Assembly (NCBI RefSeq): GCF_006345805.1
Contig: NC_042998.1
Span: 188,852,001 to 188,916,000, forward strand
Length of the DNA stretch: 64,000 nucleotides
Reading direction: 5' to 3'
Source of the DNA: Octopus sinensis
Taxonomy: Eukaryota
The position numbers and the translations under genes were made by a program. Positions 51,409 through 64,000 of this stretch are shown in pieces. Each line of letters opens with the position of its first letter. Positions within the stretch are counted from its first letter, which is position 1. A model generated the notes under the pieces. The model was not told the origin of the DNA, searched no databases, and saw nothing but the letters and a program-made list of their open reading frames with translations.

Positions 51409-52929
51409 GTGTGTGTGTGTGTGGTGTGTGTGTGTGTGTGTGTGTGTGCGCGTGTGTGTGTGTGTGTGTGCATGCAAAGAATGATGAAAGTTTGAGTAGA
51501 AAACAAGGATGAATTAAAGTCAGTCATGCTTTGAGAAGAATAATTGAGAACGAATGAGTAACAATAAAATACACGGATAATAAGAAAGTAAAACAAAATG
51601 AAACAAAGGGAAAGAGAGAACAAAAGACAGAAGAGAGACAAGGAAAGGGATGAGCATTCGTGTTGAAAGGGGAAATAAAGGCATAGGGAAAGATGAGATT
51701 ATGAAAATGAAACCTAGGAAGAAAGAGTTTAACAGAAGAAAGCAAAAAACAATCTAAATTAGTCATTTATTTCATGAAATTAGACTCATTCACTTCGTTA
51801 TTTACAGTTCAGGGAATTATATATTCTCATTCTATACGGTTATTACATACTTGTTGTGAGATATGCATACTGTTTTTTTATATATATATTATATAGCCCC
51901 TTTGCAGTGTTTCCCTTTTATATTGCTTAGTTTTTTGTTAGTTTCTTTTTTATTTTTTTATTTTTTTTTTTGCAATCATTTTTTCAGACAACTAATTAGA
52001 CTGGGTAACAAATCTGTATATCTGGTTCGGATAGCTCGGAAATAAAGAGAGAAAGATATTCGGTTTTCCCCTCCTACGCAGATGAGTAGAGGAAATTCAT
52101 ATATCATATCACTATACCTGCTCCATTGCATAATCAATAATATTTACTTTCTTTATGTCTTTATATTTCATCTCTCTTGTGTTTTCCAATTATATCTCAT
52201 ATTCAATCGTCCACTATCCCTATCTCCTACTCTCCTTCTTTATCACTCTTCCTCTCTCTCTCTCTTTCTCTCTCTCTCCGTCTCTCTCTTTCTCTCTCTC
52301 CGTCTCTCTCTCTCTCTTCCTCCCTCTCCGACTCTCTCTTTCTCTTCCATCTATCATTCCTGTCCACTCTGTATCTCATTCAGTCTTTTATCCATCCCAC
52401 TCTCTCTGTATTTACACTCTTCTTTCTTCCTTCTATATAATTTCGATTATGCTTTTTCTTTTTTTTTTTTTTGCTTCTTAATTGCAAAATATCGAAGTTA
52501 TCGAAAGGATTTCAGTAATAACAAAGTGGTATGAAACTAAATTACTCGAATCACGGATATTTCAGGATCGTATCCCGCGAAAGAGACATTTTGTAGCCTG
52601 CTTACGGTGACAGTAATTAATGCCTTCAACATCTGTGATTGGATAATTTATAACGTGAATCTGTATAAATCTACACATCTGTTCCAAAAGTTTCCTCGAG
52701 TAGTTGTTTTTTAGTGAATCTACCGAGGATAAAGTATCTATAAAACTATTAAATACGCCAGAAATATAGAAATGATCTATCAGGTGAGTAAAAATGTGTA
52801 AATGCCGAAATTAAACATGCTTAAATGCTGATCTAGCTTGCATAGCATTAATCAAATCATTCTGGAAAGATAAGGTGTGGGCATGTATCCAACAATAGGA
52901 TAATACGACTTATCTGGATCGACTTACTT

Positions 52930-53660
52930 TGGAGAGTCAGAAAAACTCGTACAGGGAGTCGGTTGGACTCCGTGAAAATAATGGGTGGGAGACAATATAT
53001 ATTTCTTAACTGCCCACAAGGGGCTAAACATAGAGAGGACAAACAAGGACAAACAAAGGGATCAAGTCGATTGCATCGACCCCAGTGCGTAACTGGTACT
53101 TAATTTATCGATCCCGAAAGGATGAAAGGCAAAGTCGACCTCGGCGGATTTTGAACTCACAACGTAACGACAGACGAAATATGGCTACGCATTTCACCTG
53201 GCGTGCTAACGTTTCTGCCAGTTCGCCGCCTTCAAAAAGGTGGGAGACAATATACCTTTTTGTGGAGATAAATGACAGAGGATTTTTTTGAAACAGGGGT
53301 CACTCAATACTCAGATATTTTGGACAAGCAGCAAAAGAGAGAAATGATCTTGCCAGAAAAGTCTCAGAAGCCACTAACAAAGCAAGCCATTACATCTGGC
53401 TTAAGAGAGTGGACGAGTTATGCAGCAAGAATGAACATTGAGGATGATAGAAACACCTAGTCCAGAATCGCAACATCTGATTTGATAAAACTCATGTTGT
53501 TGTAGGGTGTTTTGTCGCCTACATCGGTGAGTTGTTACGGGTTGCTCTGCTGTTGCTATGGAAGGAAGCCCCTGCAGTACTGCTTCACCACCTGATGAAA
53601 CATTAACTTCTGAATTCAGAAATCGAAGACAGAATACCCTCAGTACACAAGTGTTTGCCA
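52930..53660 (+). mobile_element. Hero-like RLE non-LTR 3' fragment interrupted by a SINE
   Basis: After removing the SINE: QKNSYRE..LRENNGWETIYLFVEINDRGF / RGHSILRYFG...ARKVSEATNKASHYIWLKR*, matching the Hero-type C-terminus GW..PVEVGCRGF...EAAEKASxWxWxKR. Confidence 0.65.
53000..53238 (-). mobile_element. SINE family A with 16-bp TSD
   Basis: ggtgggagacaatata at 52984-52999 and 53239-53254. Confidence 0.95.
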
Positions 53661-53843
53661 CGTGTGTGTGTGTGTGGAGGGGTATCTGTGTGTTTCTGTG
53701 TGTTGTGTGTGCGTGTGCGCGTGTGGATTGGGGTGGGGGTGTCTAAGTGTATCTCTGTGTATGAACGTATGTACGTGTGTGTGTGAGTGTGTTTGTGTGT
53801 GTGTTTGTGTGTGTGTTTGTGTGTGTGTGTTTGTGTGTGTGTT

Positions 53844-53887
<44 letters not shown>

Positions 53888-54691
53888 CCGTGTGTGTGCA
53901 TCAGTATTATTTTGACATATACACAACCATTACGAAGTAAGATGCCGTATCATAGCGATTTTTCTTGCATTAATTACATGCAATTTAAGGGGCAGAGGCG
54001 GAATGGTTTTAAACACTAACAGTAATAAAGGTGTTGTTCCTAATCAAAATAAACTAATATTGTAATTAACTATAAGAGCTGATATTTCATTAGCAATGAA
54101 TGTCCTCAGAAAAATCCTCGAGTCGATATCGATTTTCACTTGTCAATTTCTCTTCATTCACTTAACCCGATGATGCCCTTAACAGCGGTCTGAATGCTGC
54201 AACATTTCAATCCCACATGACTCATTTACCCAATCCTTTCTTGTCAGTATAAGTCGTACGGGATCTCTCTACATGCTCAAGTGTTCTTGCAAATATCGAT
54301 CCACAGATGTTCTAACTGATCGTATACCGCATGATCTCACCCGTCTGGACGTTAGACTACAGCCTCGCCTGCTCTGAGTAATATGTTTTTTTGTTTTTTT
54401 TTTAATCCCACTGCCTATGAATACGTGTATTCCATAAAAATCAATATTTTTTAAATGTTGCCACAATATTCAAATGTAAATATCATTATTATTAAATAGG
54501 CTGCGGTCTACTGGAATAAGAGGAGAAAAAAACATTCCATTCGAATAGCTCCCTCAAAAACTCATTTACAATATGTCTGCCAGCCAAATTGTCTCTACTC
54601 CTCACCTTCTCAATCCTTTCACTCTGTAGCTATTTTCTGTGGCACTCCTTCACTCTATCTCAAACCTGTATACAATTTGTCACCCAATATC

Positions 54692-55076
54692 TCTCTCTCC
54701 AACACTTTCTCTCTCTCTCTCTTTCTTATTCTCTCTCTCTCCTCTCTCTCTCTCTTTCTTATTCTCTCTCTCCTCTCTCTCTTTCATTCTCTCTCTCCTC
54801 TCTCTCTCTCTCTCTTTCATTCTCTCTCTCCTCTCTCTCTCTCTCTTTTCTTATTCTCTCTCTCCTCTCTCTCTCTTTCTTATTCTCTCTCTCCTCTCTC
54901 TCTTTCATTCTCTCTCTCCTCTCTCTCTCTCTCTCTTTCATTCTCTCTCTCCTCTCTCTCTCTCTCTTTTTCTTATTCTCTCTCTCCTCTCTCTCTTCTT
55001 ATTCTCTCTCCTCTCTCTCTCCTCTCTCTCTCCTCTCTCTCTCCTCTCTCTCTCTTCCCCTCTCTCTCTCTCTCTT
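54692..55076. repeat. (CT)n-based higher-order minisatellite
   Basis: Alternating ttcttattctctctctcc.. and ttcattctctctcc.. units. Confidence 0.92.
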
Positions 55077-55582
55077 AGCTTAACATTTAACATATTTCAA
55101 CACACATACACTCTCTCACCTACATTCACACACATACATGCATAAAGGCTTGAAACTATGCATGTGTGTGCGTGTGAGTGTGTGTGTGTGTGTGTATGTG
55201 TGTGTATAAGTGTCTGCTTGTATATATAAATATTTATGTAGAAGTGTTCGTGCGTGTATATGTGTTGACACTTGTGAGAGAGTTCTTGTATGATAGTATC
55301 TATACGTAAATATGCATTTATGTGTCCGTTTATGTGCGCGTGTGCATATGTACAAATATGTGCATGAGCGTGCATGTGCTCACATATTTACTTGTACCTG
55401 TACAAGTATGTATGCATATGTGTGTGTATGTGCTTGTATGATTACGTCTAGGTGTTTGCGTGAGTATGTATGCGACAATATGCTACAGGACTTACACAAT
55501 ATGTACCAATAAATAATTTATGCCCGGCCTGATTTGAGAACATTAGCATAAAATAAGATCAGTAACTTATATACATTTATAA

Positions 55583-55813
55583 GGCGGCGAGCTGGCAGAA
55601 ACGTTAGCACGCCGGGCGAAATGCTTAGCGGTATTTCGTCTGTCGTTACGTTCTGAGTTCAAATTCCGCCGAGGTCGACTTTGCCTTTCATCCTTTCGGG
55701 GTCGATAAATTAAGTACCAGTTACGCACTGGGGTTGATGTAATCAACTTAATCCCTTTGTCTGTCCTTGTTTGTCCCCTCTATGTTTAGCCCCTTGTGGG
55801 CAGTAAAGAAATA
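55583..55813 (+). mobile_element. Young SINE family A copy with 15-bp TSD
   Basis: tatatacatttataa at 55568-55582 and 55814-55828. Confidence 0.95.
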
Positions 55814-55926
55814 TATATACATTTATAACTTTCAAACTTCCCTACAAGACACTATATTCAAAAAAATCCCACTTTCAACACACTAACAAATAATAATCAT
55901 TTTACTTACACACACACACACACATA

Positions 55927-57204
55927 TGGGTCATCCCATAAATATTGCGGGTTTTTTCAATTGCATGGGCTAAAAGCCGGAGGGGGACGGGATAAACTAC
56001 CTGCATCAACTTGCTATAAAAGCAGGCAGTGATTTTACCCTATACTTATTCTTAGTGCAGCTGTTGAAGAGTGCAGTTTGATTTTAACAGTTATTGTTTC
56101 AAAGCTGTAATGGAGGTGACAAAGGAGTATATCCATTATATTTTGCTTTATGAGTTCAATAAGGGCAACAACGCAACGGAAAGGGCGAGGAATATAATGC
56201 AGTATATGGGGATCGGACAATAAGCATAAGCCAGTGTTAACAGTGGCTCCAGAAATTCCGAGCCGGAAACTACAACCTAGAAGACGAGCCTCGTCCTGGA
56301 AGATCTGTAGAGCTCGACGAGGACGTCCTGCAAACCCTGGTGGAACAAAATCTCATCATAACTGTTGAGGAACTAACAGAGAAGCTTCAATTTGGTCATT
56401 TAACCATTCATCGACACCTGCCTGCCATCAGAAAAATTAGCAAATTGGATCAATGGGTTCCTCACAAATTTTCCGAGTCTAATCGCTCGCAGAGAGTAAA
56501 TATGTGCTCTTCTTTGCTGTCACGTCTTACCAATGAAACTTTGTTGGACCGAATAGTGACTGGCAACGAGAAATAGGTTCTCTATAAAAATGTCAAGCAC
56601 CTAAGACAGTAGGTAGGGAAAGGAGAAACACCGGCACCCCAGGCTAAAGAAGGTTTTCACCGACGTAAGGTGTTGTTATCTGTTTGGTGGGATATGAAAG
56701 GTTTAGTCCACTTTGAACTTTTAAGCCCAAACCAAACAATAACAAAGATCTACTGCGAGTATCTTGAGCAGCTTCGGTCAGCATTAAAAGAAAAACTAGC
56801 ATCTTTGGTTTCAAGACAAAAAGTAGTTTTCCATCAGGATAATGCTCAGCCACATACAGCGTGGATGACATTCCAAAGGCTGGAGCAGTTTAAATGGGAA
56901 ACGATGACCCACTCACCATATTTGCCGGACTTTGCTCTATCTGATTATCATTTATTCCGCAGGCTTCAAAATCATTTGGACAGAAAAAATAGGAATTCTG
57001 TAGACGAAGTCAGAGCAGTACTGGAGGAGCATTTTTCCTCATGGACAAGTGAATTTTGGAAAAGGGATCTTGCAAGTCTACCGGATAGATGGAAGAGCAG
57101 TGTAGAAGATGAAGGAGAATATATTTTAGATTAAAAAGGAACTTTGTTTATCTCAATTTTGAAAAATAAAAAAAAGTATTTAAAAACCGCATTATTCATA
57201 TGAT

Positions 57205-57209
<5 letters not shown>
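55927..57209 (+). mobile_element. Near full-length mariner transposon (D,D34D), inactive
   Basis: Imperfect ~30-bp TIRs tgggtcatcccataaatattgcgggttttt and aaaaaccgcattattcatatgattaccc, flanked by TA. Confidence 0.93.
56110..57134 (+). pseudogene. Mariner transposase pseudogene
   Basis: MEVTKEYIHYILLYEF..., WVPHK, TGNEK (first catalytic D changed to N), HQDNA, 34 residues to ALSDY. One early frameshift and three in-frame stops. Confidence 0.93.
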
Positions 57210-57235
<26 letters not shown>

Positions 57236-57248
57236 CATACATACATAT

Positions 57249-57280
<32 letters not shown>

Positions 57281-57387
57281 CATACATACATACATACATA
57301 TATATATTATATATATATATAATATATTATATATATATATATTATATATATATATATAATATATATATATATATACATACATACATA

Positions 57388-57443
<56 letters not shown>
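57210..57443. repeat. (TA)n/(TACA)n at the mariner right end
   Basis: Seen directly. Confidence 0.96.
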
Positions 57444-57444
<1 letters not shown>

Positions 57445-59584
57445 TAGAATCAGCACTGGATTATTAAAGCCAGGGACGAAATGTTCTAAACCTAGCTTGT
57501 CACTAATTGTCACTGATACTAAGCTGTATCAAGTTTTGCTTTCTCTGTATATTCACTGTTGTTGTCTGGTAAGATGTGATGCATGTTGAGTTCTGCTCTT
57601 ATTACTTATTTCCCCATTCCATAACTGGAGTGCATTTGGTTCATAAAGTACACTGTTTGTGTGATACGTGTGTGTTACTGAATGTTGTATCTGTTCTATT
57701 TATGTTAGTAAATTTCTTTTACATCGTTACATAATACGTTGCAAAAAACGCGTCATTGTTATAATTTCATATAGTCCTTCTTTGGTGTGATTTCGAGTAA
57801 AAAAATAACTAAAAAGTGTAAAGGTTAAGATGTGGTTTCAGACCAAACGTAAAGGACTAATTAAATAATTTGAAAACTCTTAAATAAAAAAGATTTCATT
57901 TGTGCATAGTGGTTTCACTGATGTAACGTAAATGGAGGAAAAATGCATCGTATTTGTATGTCTGCGTACATCTATTTGTGTGTGTGTGTATGTGTATATA
58001 TATATATATGTATGCGTATAGGTGAATGTATGTATGCATATGTAAGTATGTATGTATGTATGTATGTATGTATGTATGTATGTATGTATGTATGTATGTA
58101 TGTATGTATGTATGTATTTATGTATGTATGTATCACAATCATGTTATTGCTATGCTTATATAATTGCGATTGATATTTATATCAGAAGAATTATCTAAAA
58201 TGGCTGTAAACGATAGCATATGTTACATAAGAATTGAATATAAATTTCATATATAGATGATATACTACAGTAAAAGAGTGAACAGGCAACGATATACGCG
58301 GATTTATGAAGTGTGACAGTTTAGTTTGCATATTAAAGTACAAAATATACGAGTACATATGACGAGAGTTTCAAGGAGTGCTAACTGTGTCTAATACACA
58401 TGAAACGGTTTAATGTACAAAATACGACAGTAATTTCAGTGCTATGAAATAGAGATAACGAGACATTTATATATCGTTATATAAACTCGCTATGGTGAGC
58501 TTAGATGTATCGTTTGGTAGGCAAATTTGCAACGGCACCAAAATTTGATAAGACATGAAAAGAAGTTTACGTTGACTAGCCTATTTTTTTATGATTGTTA
58601 AAAACATTGATTCTGAATGAAGTTCGAGATATCTTCCACAATAGATGTTTCACACAATGGGAATTTCAAATAAACTTCAAAGATACCGACATAAAATAAC
58701 AACAATCATAACGGCAACGAAAGCAAAAGTTGTAGCAATAAGAGCAATAATAGTAATGAATAGTTGCAGGGGCAATAGTTTGTAGTACTAACCTAATTTT
58801 GCAAGACACCTCTTCACCCCTCTGCCTTGAAAATCTTTTTGTCAGATCCTACTGTATGTTTAATCTGCCAAATACACATAAGATGAATTGATTCGACGAT
58901 GAAAATGCTTCAATAAAAGATCACTGTGAAAAATCTAGTTCATACAATTACCAAAGCAAATTATTGTATGAATGGTAAAGTTGTTAAGAAAAATATAACA
59001 AAGCGAAAATCATAGCTTATGATTCGTTCTTTTTTCACCCTTATTCTATATATCCCTTTATTTTATTCAGCTGTAATTTTCCTCGGTAGTGTTTATTCAT
59101 TCAGCCATTATCTCGTGTATTCATTATGCTCCATTTTTAATAACACCAGTATAATATATCCCCTACCAAACTTCTACCAATTAATAAATCGTTTAACCTC
59201 TGATTGTTAAATACTAGCCTTTGTCTTGGATAATCCAAGCTTTTTAAATCAGGTCTATTCCCATGCAAGTGAAAATGAGTGTGGGTGAAATATTTTGATA
59301 GAAACACAACAAATTAGGGGTAAAGAAAAATACCTTATCCACACCAATGAATCCGGGCTTTCATTTAATTCAACTGAACTGTGACCTTTCATTTATTTGA
59401 AGCTGATTTTGCTTTGTTTTTCCTTTTGTTTCTCTATACACGAGCTTTGTTCTAACATGCTGTGTGGGTTCGTAATCTAGGCTTGGGTAAGTTGCACCCC
59501 AGAACAATCCAACATCATACACACATACGCACTTAATTACATTATGAAATTCACACAGTTATGCGTCTATGAATACATAAATAT

Positions 59585-59717
59585 TTATCTATCTATTTAT
59601 CTCTATCTTTCTTTCTTTCTGTCTGTCTGTCTGTCTCTCTCTCTGTCTCTCTGTCTGTCTCTCTGTCTGTCTCTCTGTCTGTTTCTCTGTCTGTCTCTCT
59701 GTCTCTCTGTCTCTCTG

Positions 59718-59810
<93 letters not shown>
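59585..59810. repeat. (CTGT/CT)n-(TA)n-(GA)n compound repeat
   Basis: Seen directly. Confidence 0.95.
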
Positions 59811-59812
<2 letters not shown>

Positions 59813-59849
59813 GAAAGTTGGTTTGTGAAAGCACGTGCTTGAATATATA

Positions 59850-60125
59850 GAAAATAGTAAAAAGTGAAAAAACTACAGAAGGCTTGTTTTAAAAGGTTAA
59901 AAAATATATATTTGAGTCATTATGTCTGAAGAATGTTATCAATTTCTTTCTTACAATAACGATGTAAGAAATTTGAAAAGCTGAACGCGAAACCGGTCAT
60001 TTCTTCTAAATTATGTCATTGTAAGAAAAAAATTGATAACATTCTTCAGACATATTGACTCAAATATATATTTTTTAACCTTTTAAAACAAGCCTTCTGT
60101 AGTTTTTTCACTTTTTACTATTTTC
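59850..60125. repeat. Near-perfect 108-bp inverted repeat with 60-bp spacer
   Basis: 59850-59957 and 60018-60125 differ at about 2 positions. Confidence 0.93.
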
Positions 60126-60149
60126 TCTCTATCTATCTATATATATATA

Positions 60150-61586
60150 CTAGCAGTATCGCCCGGCGTTGCTCGGGTTTGTAAGGGAAATAACTATAAA
60201 GCATTTTTAGAGAGTTATAGCCAAAAAATAGCAAAAAAATGCATTAAAAATGGAAAAAAAATTATAGTAAATTTTTTTTAAATCGTTGACTCATCGTAGA
60301 CATTTTTAGAGAGTTACTTCCCTTATATAATAGCAAAAAAATGCATTAAAATGGAAAAAAATGATGGTAAATTATTTTTTAAAATCGTAGACTCATCGTA
60401 GACGCGCGCTAATACCCAGAAGGGCTCGATATGAATCACGACTATAAGATACCCGGTTTTGGTTAAACTGCACCGCAAAATGTGGAGTAGTAGTTAGGAA
60501 TCTAAATCGTAGGACACAGACACACAACTTCACTTTTATATATAAAGATTTGTGCAACAACTAAAACATTCGGTTGTGCAAATTGTTTGCACAGGAAACC
60601 TGCCCTGTGTGGCGGTTTTTGCCGTTTTTGTGGATCTGTTTCAGCTTTTTTAGCGATTTCTGTTTTGGCGACTTCAAGCCATGAAGTCGTTGTTCTAAAA
60701 GAACGCTGGTCTCCTTGACAACGCTTTACGACGTTGATTTCCTTACACTCCCTTCCCCACAGCTTCACGAGGGAGGGAAGAAGGGGGAGAAGCAACACAG
60801 GTGCAGGTGTGAGCATGGACGCCAACTCCGCCGCCATCGACACACGAAAAAATATGCGTTAAAATGGAAAAAAAATTATGGTAAATTATTTTTAAAATCG
60901 TAGACTCATTGTAGACGCGCGCTAATACCCAGACGGGCTCGATATGAATCACGACTATAAGATACACGAATTTGGTTAAACTGCACCGCAAAATGTGGGA
61001 GTAGTTAGGAATCTAAATCGTAGGAGACAGACACTCATACAACTTCACTTTTATATATATAGACTAGCAGTATCGCCCGGCGTTGCTCGGGTTTGTAAGG
61101 GAAATAACTATATAAGCATTTTTAGTGAGTTATCGCAAAAAAATAGCAAAAAATGCATTAAAAATGGAATAAAAAATGATGGTAATTTTGGTGTTTTCAA
61201 GCCATGAAGTCGTTGTTCTAAAAGAACGCTGGTCTCCTTGACAATGCTTTACGACGTTGATTTCCTTACACTCCCTTCCCCACAGCTTCACGAGGGAGGG
61301 AAGAAGGGGAGAAGCAACACAGGTGCAGGTGTGACCATGGACGCCAACTCCGCCGCCATCGACACACGAATAATTATGCATTAAAATGGAATAAAAAATT
61401 ATGTTAAATTATTTTTAAAATAGTAGACTCATCGTAGACGCGCGCTAATACCCAGACGGGCTCGATATGAATCACGACTATAAGATACCCGAAGTTGGTT
61501 AAACTGCACCGCAAAATGTGGGAGTAGTAGTTAGGAATCTAAATCGAAGGGGACAGACACTCACACAACTACAGTTATATATATAT

Positions 61587-61600
<14 letters not shown>
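60150..61600 (-). mobile_element. Cluster of three non-autonomous Helitron copies
   Basis: Copy 1 at 60150-60548 (TC...hairpin cccg-agcaacgc-cggg...CTAG, between A and T). Copy 2 at 60549-61063 (3' end missing). Copy 3 at 61064 to about 61600. Direct CTAG|TC junction at 61064/61063. Confidence 0.87.
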
Positions 61601-61666
<66 letters not shown>

Positions 61667-61669
<3 letters not shown>

Positions 61670-61952
61670 GATGGACTCTCTCCTCATTAGGTGACGTATA
61701 AGGGTTCGACAATTTCTTTCCGAAAAACCACACACATGATTTGTTTATTATGATCAAATGTTTGTGTAGACATAATCTCACTCCTTCCATCAGATCGACA
61801 CTATCTGAACAGGTGCAACGGGTGCCACATGTCAGATATCGAAATGATCGCAGAGCATCGTGAAATGAAGTGCTTTGCTCAAGAACACAACGAAATGCCC
61901 GGTCTGGGAATCGAACCACGATCTTGCAGTCCATTAACCCAAGCGCCTTCAC
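61667..61952 (-). mobile_element. SINE with family C/E-like head and centre and another tail
   Basis: ggttcgattcccagaccgggc..cgttgtgttcttgagcaaagcacttca. Confidence 0.7.
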
Positions 61953-61982
61953 ACACACACAAACACACACGCAGACCCACAT

Positions 61983-62022
<40 letters not shown>

Positions 62023-62051
62023 ATGTATGTATGTATGTATGTATGTATGTA

Positions 62052-62355
62052 CTCAGGGGTTGGACAAAATAATGGAAACACCTAGCATGATAGCATCATA
62101 ATTTTGAAATATCTATAAAACCATCAAAAGCTTGTTTATTTTTGTTTTTTATTTATTATTAATGTTGCTTAATATGTTTTGCTAAAATTGCTGTTTCTTT
62201 TCAAATATCATCAGAAAAAGGTAATTAAAATTCATTAAAATAACAGATCTATCGGACTTTCAAAGAGGTCAAATTGTTGTTGCTCGTATGACAGGCACTA
62301 GCATAACGAAAAAAAAGTACTGTCTCGAAAGTAATGACAGCCTTTGAGAAACACA
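62052..62355 (+). mobile_element. Tc1-like transposon 5' fragment
   Basis: TIR-like caggggttggacaaaataatggaaacacc after TA. TDLSDFQRGQIVVARMTGTSITK...STVSKVMTAFEK is a Tc1 paired-like N-terminus. Confidence 0.8.
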
Positions 62356-63299
62356 ATGTAATGACAGTCTTTGCCTAAATGCAATGCCGTATAATTTTAG
62401 GGACGTCTAATATAAATATTTAGATGTTTATATTTGTTAAAATAAGCTGAAATAGGTTACACCCAAATTTGTAATTAGATTGCTAACGTAGCTTTTTTTT
62501 CAAACGAATAAGGTGGCTTTTTCCTTTTATTAAACACATCATGAGGTTTTGTTAGGCCGAAATATGTTAATGACTGAATTTTACCGCATTCTAAAACACT
62601 GTTACTTATTCAACATGCAAAACCTAGTTCTGCAAGATTTCACCTCAAAAAATGTGTATGTTCAAGCTTTGTATGCGAGACGCACTTGCCCACCTTTCTT
62701 TCTGTGATGACAGTACTGCCGCAAGAAATAATTTACGTTGTTGCAAGTTCACGTATTTTTAAAGAAGTGGTTATATAGTCGATGAAGTCGCCGAAATTAT
62801 TCTCTTGGTACTTCTCTTAGCGACTTATGGAAGAGTAAAGAACAAAAGTGGAAGTTGCTTCGGCGTGATTTAAACCCAGATTTATAGGGATTGGTGTGAA
62901 TACTGGATGGTATTTAGTTTACTGCTCTACCATCATCATTCCACTGCTTTCTAGTCTAAGACTTTATAATAACTAGGCATGAAGCTCGCAGTTTTTAAAG
63001 GAGAACGTTAGTCAATGCCTTGGACCTCAGCCCTTGACTGTTACTTTATTTTACCGACTTCATTACATCACTTATGCCCTAAATACAGCGTACAAGATGA
63101 GGTTCTTCATTAGTCTGAGTAAAACTCAGATCCTGATTCAACCAACTCCAGGAAGGGTCAGCTCTTGATTGCCTGCCTCTAACCTCGAAAGTAACCAGCT
63201 CGATACTATCAAGAACTTTAGCTTGATACTCGATACTATCAAGAACTTTAACTGAAAAGCCAAATCTCGATTACCACTAACATCGTTTCCTAAGTTCAT

Positions 63300-63830
63300 G
63301 CATTTGGGCACCTTCGATTGCAAGCTTTTCAGAACCGAGACATCCGGACCGATGCGAATTTATTCACGTAATCAGTCAGTTCCTATTCCTGACCTTGCGC
63401 ATGCATAAGAAACTTGAATCATCTGACGTTGATATCTTTCTAAAACTGGAATGCTTTTATTAGCGTTGCCTCAGGAATAGCCTCAAGATAATTGGGCGCG
63501 GACTACAAAATGGATATAACATCCTCAAAAAGGTAGAGACCATCAGCGTCGAAGTAACCAACAAAATGAACTGTCTTCAGTGTACAGAACATGTACTTCT
63601 AATGAAAGACCACCAACTTCCCAAGCAAAATCCTTACGTCCAGTTGTGACAAGGAAAACAAAGAAATGGAAAATTACTGAAGCACCTCGAGGATGTCCAG
63701 AAGGCAACACTTATCATCCGCCTTATCTTCCTTATTTGTCTTATCTTCCTTATCTGTCTTATCTGCTTTATTTGTCTCAGATCTCGGAAGCCTTCGGTCT
63801 TGACATGACAACCTGATCTTTTATCATTCA
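63300..63830 (-). pseudogene. Possible decayed Gag-like ORF with 9-bp DKT/DKE repeat
   Basis: Frame ETNKADKTDKEDKTNKEDKADD...ATLIKAFQF...AQGQE*ELTDYVNKF loosely resembles retrotransposon gag. Many stops. Confidence 0.25.
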
Positions 63831-64000
63831 TCAAGAAGTGGACCACTTTGAATCATCCTGTCAAAAGGATTGTGAGACCAGGAGTTAGAGAAAAAAACCA
63901 CTACACCAACTGTCGAAATTCCCTCTCCCTTCCGAACTAATCCCACCCAGTTTCAGGGGATCTCTAAGACCCAACTTAATACATCCACTTCATTCACACA

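Noticed and set aside
52715-52783. Plus-strand exon-like segment ending CAG|GTGAGT, and another at 59444-59486
   Set aside because: No through-reading frame; such signals are expected by chance in 37 kb.
53585-53635. cctgatgaa as a hammerhead core
   Set aside because: No closing stem II or C-GAAA in register.

Overview
AT-rich animal genomic DNA saturated with microsatellites and tRNA-derived SINEs. The repeat landscape points to a coleoid cephalopod, most likely Octopus (inference). One host gene is supported: the first three coding exons of a Ret receptor tyrosine kinase-like gene on the minus strand (26553-26505, 17716-17471, 8932-8639). They have canonical splice sites, all-phase-1 junctions, a signal peptide and a RET CLD1-type N-terminus (LYFPQATY...GSPLL...ALR). 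Exon 4 was not found and probably lies left of position 1. The remainder is intron or upstream sequence holding several modular SINE families (labelled A-E locally), Penelope-like relics, RLE-type non-LTR fragments (R4/Dong-like and Hero-like) sitting in microsatellites, a dead mariner, Tc1/Tigger remnants and MITEs, non-autonomous Helitrons and several long foldback elements. Almost all ORFs in the supplied track are microsatellite artefacts. The most unusual feature is at 47139-47943: a tRNA-like Pol III head, an (AAT)n spacer and a Penelope-type minimal hammerhead ribozyme lie collinear on one strand, split by a Dong-like insertion. This suggests a ribozyme-bearing SINE. All family assignments come from motifs recognised by eye; no database searches were run.
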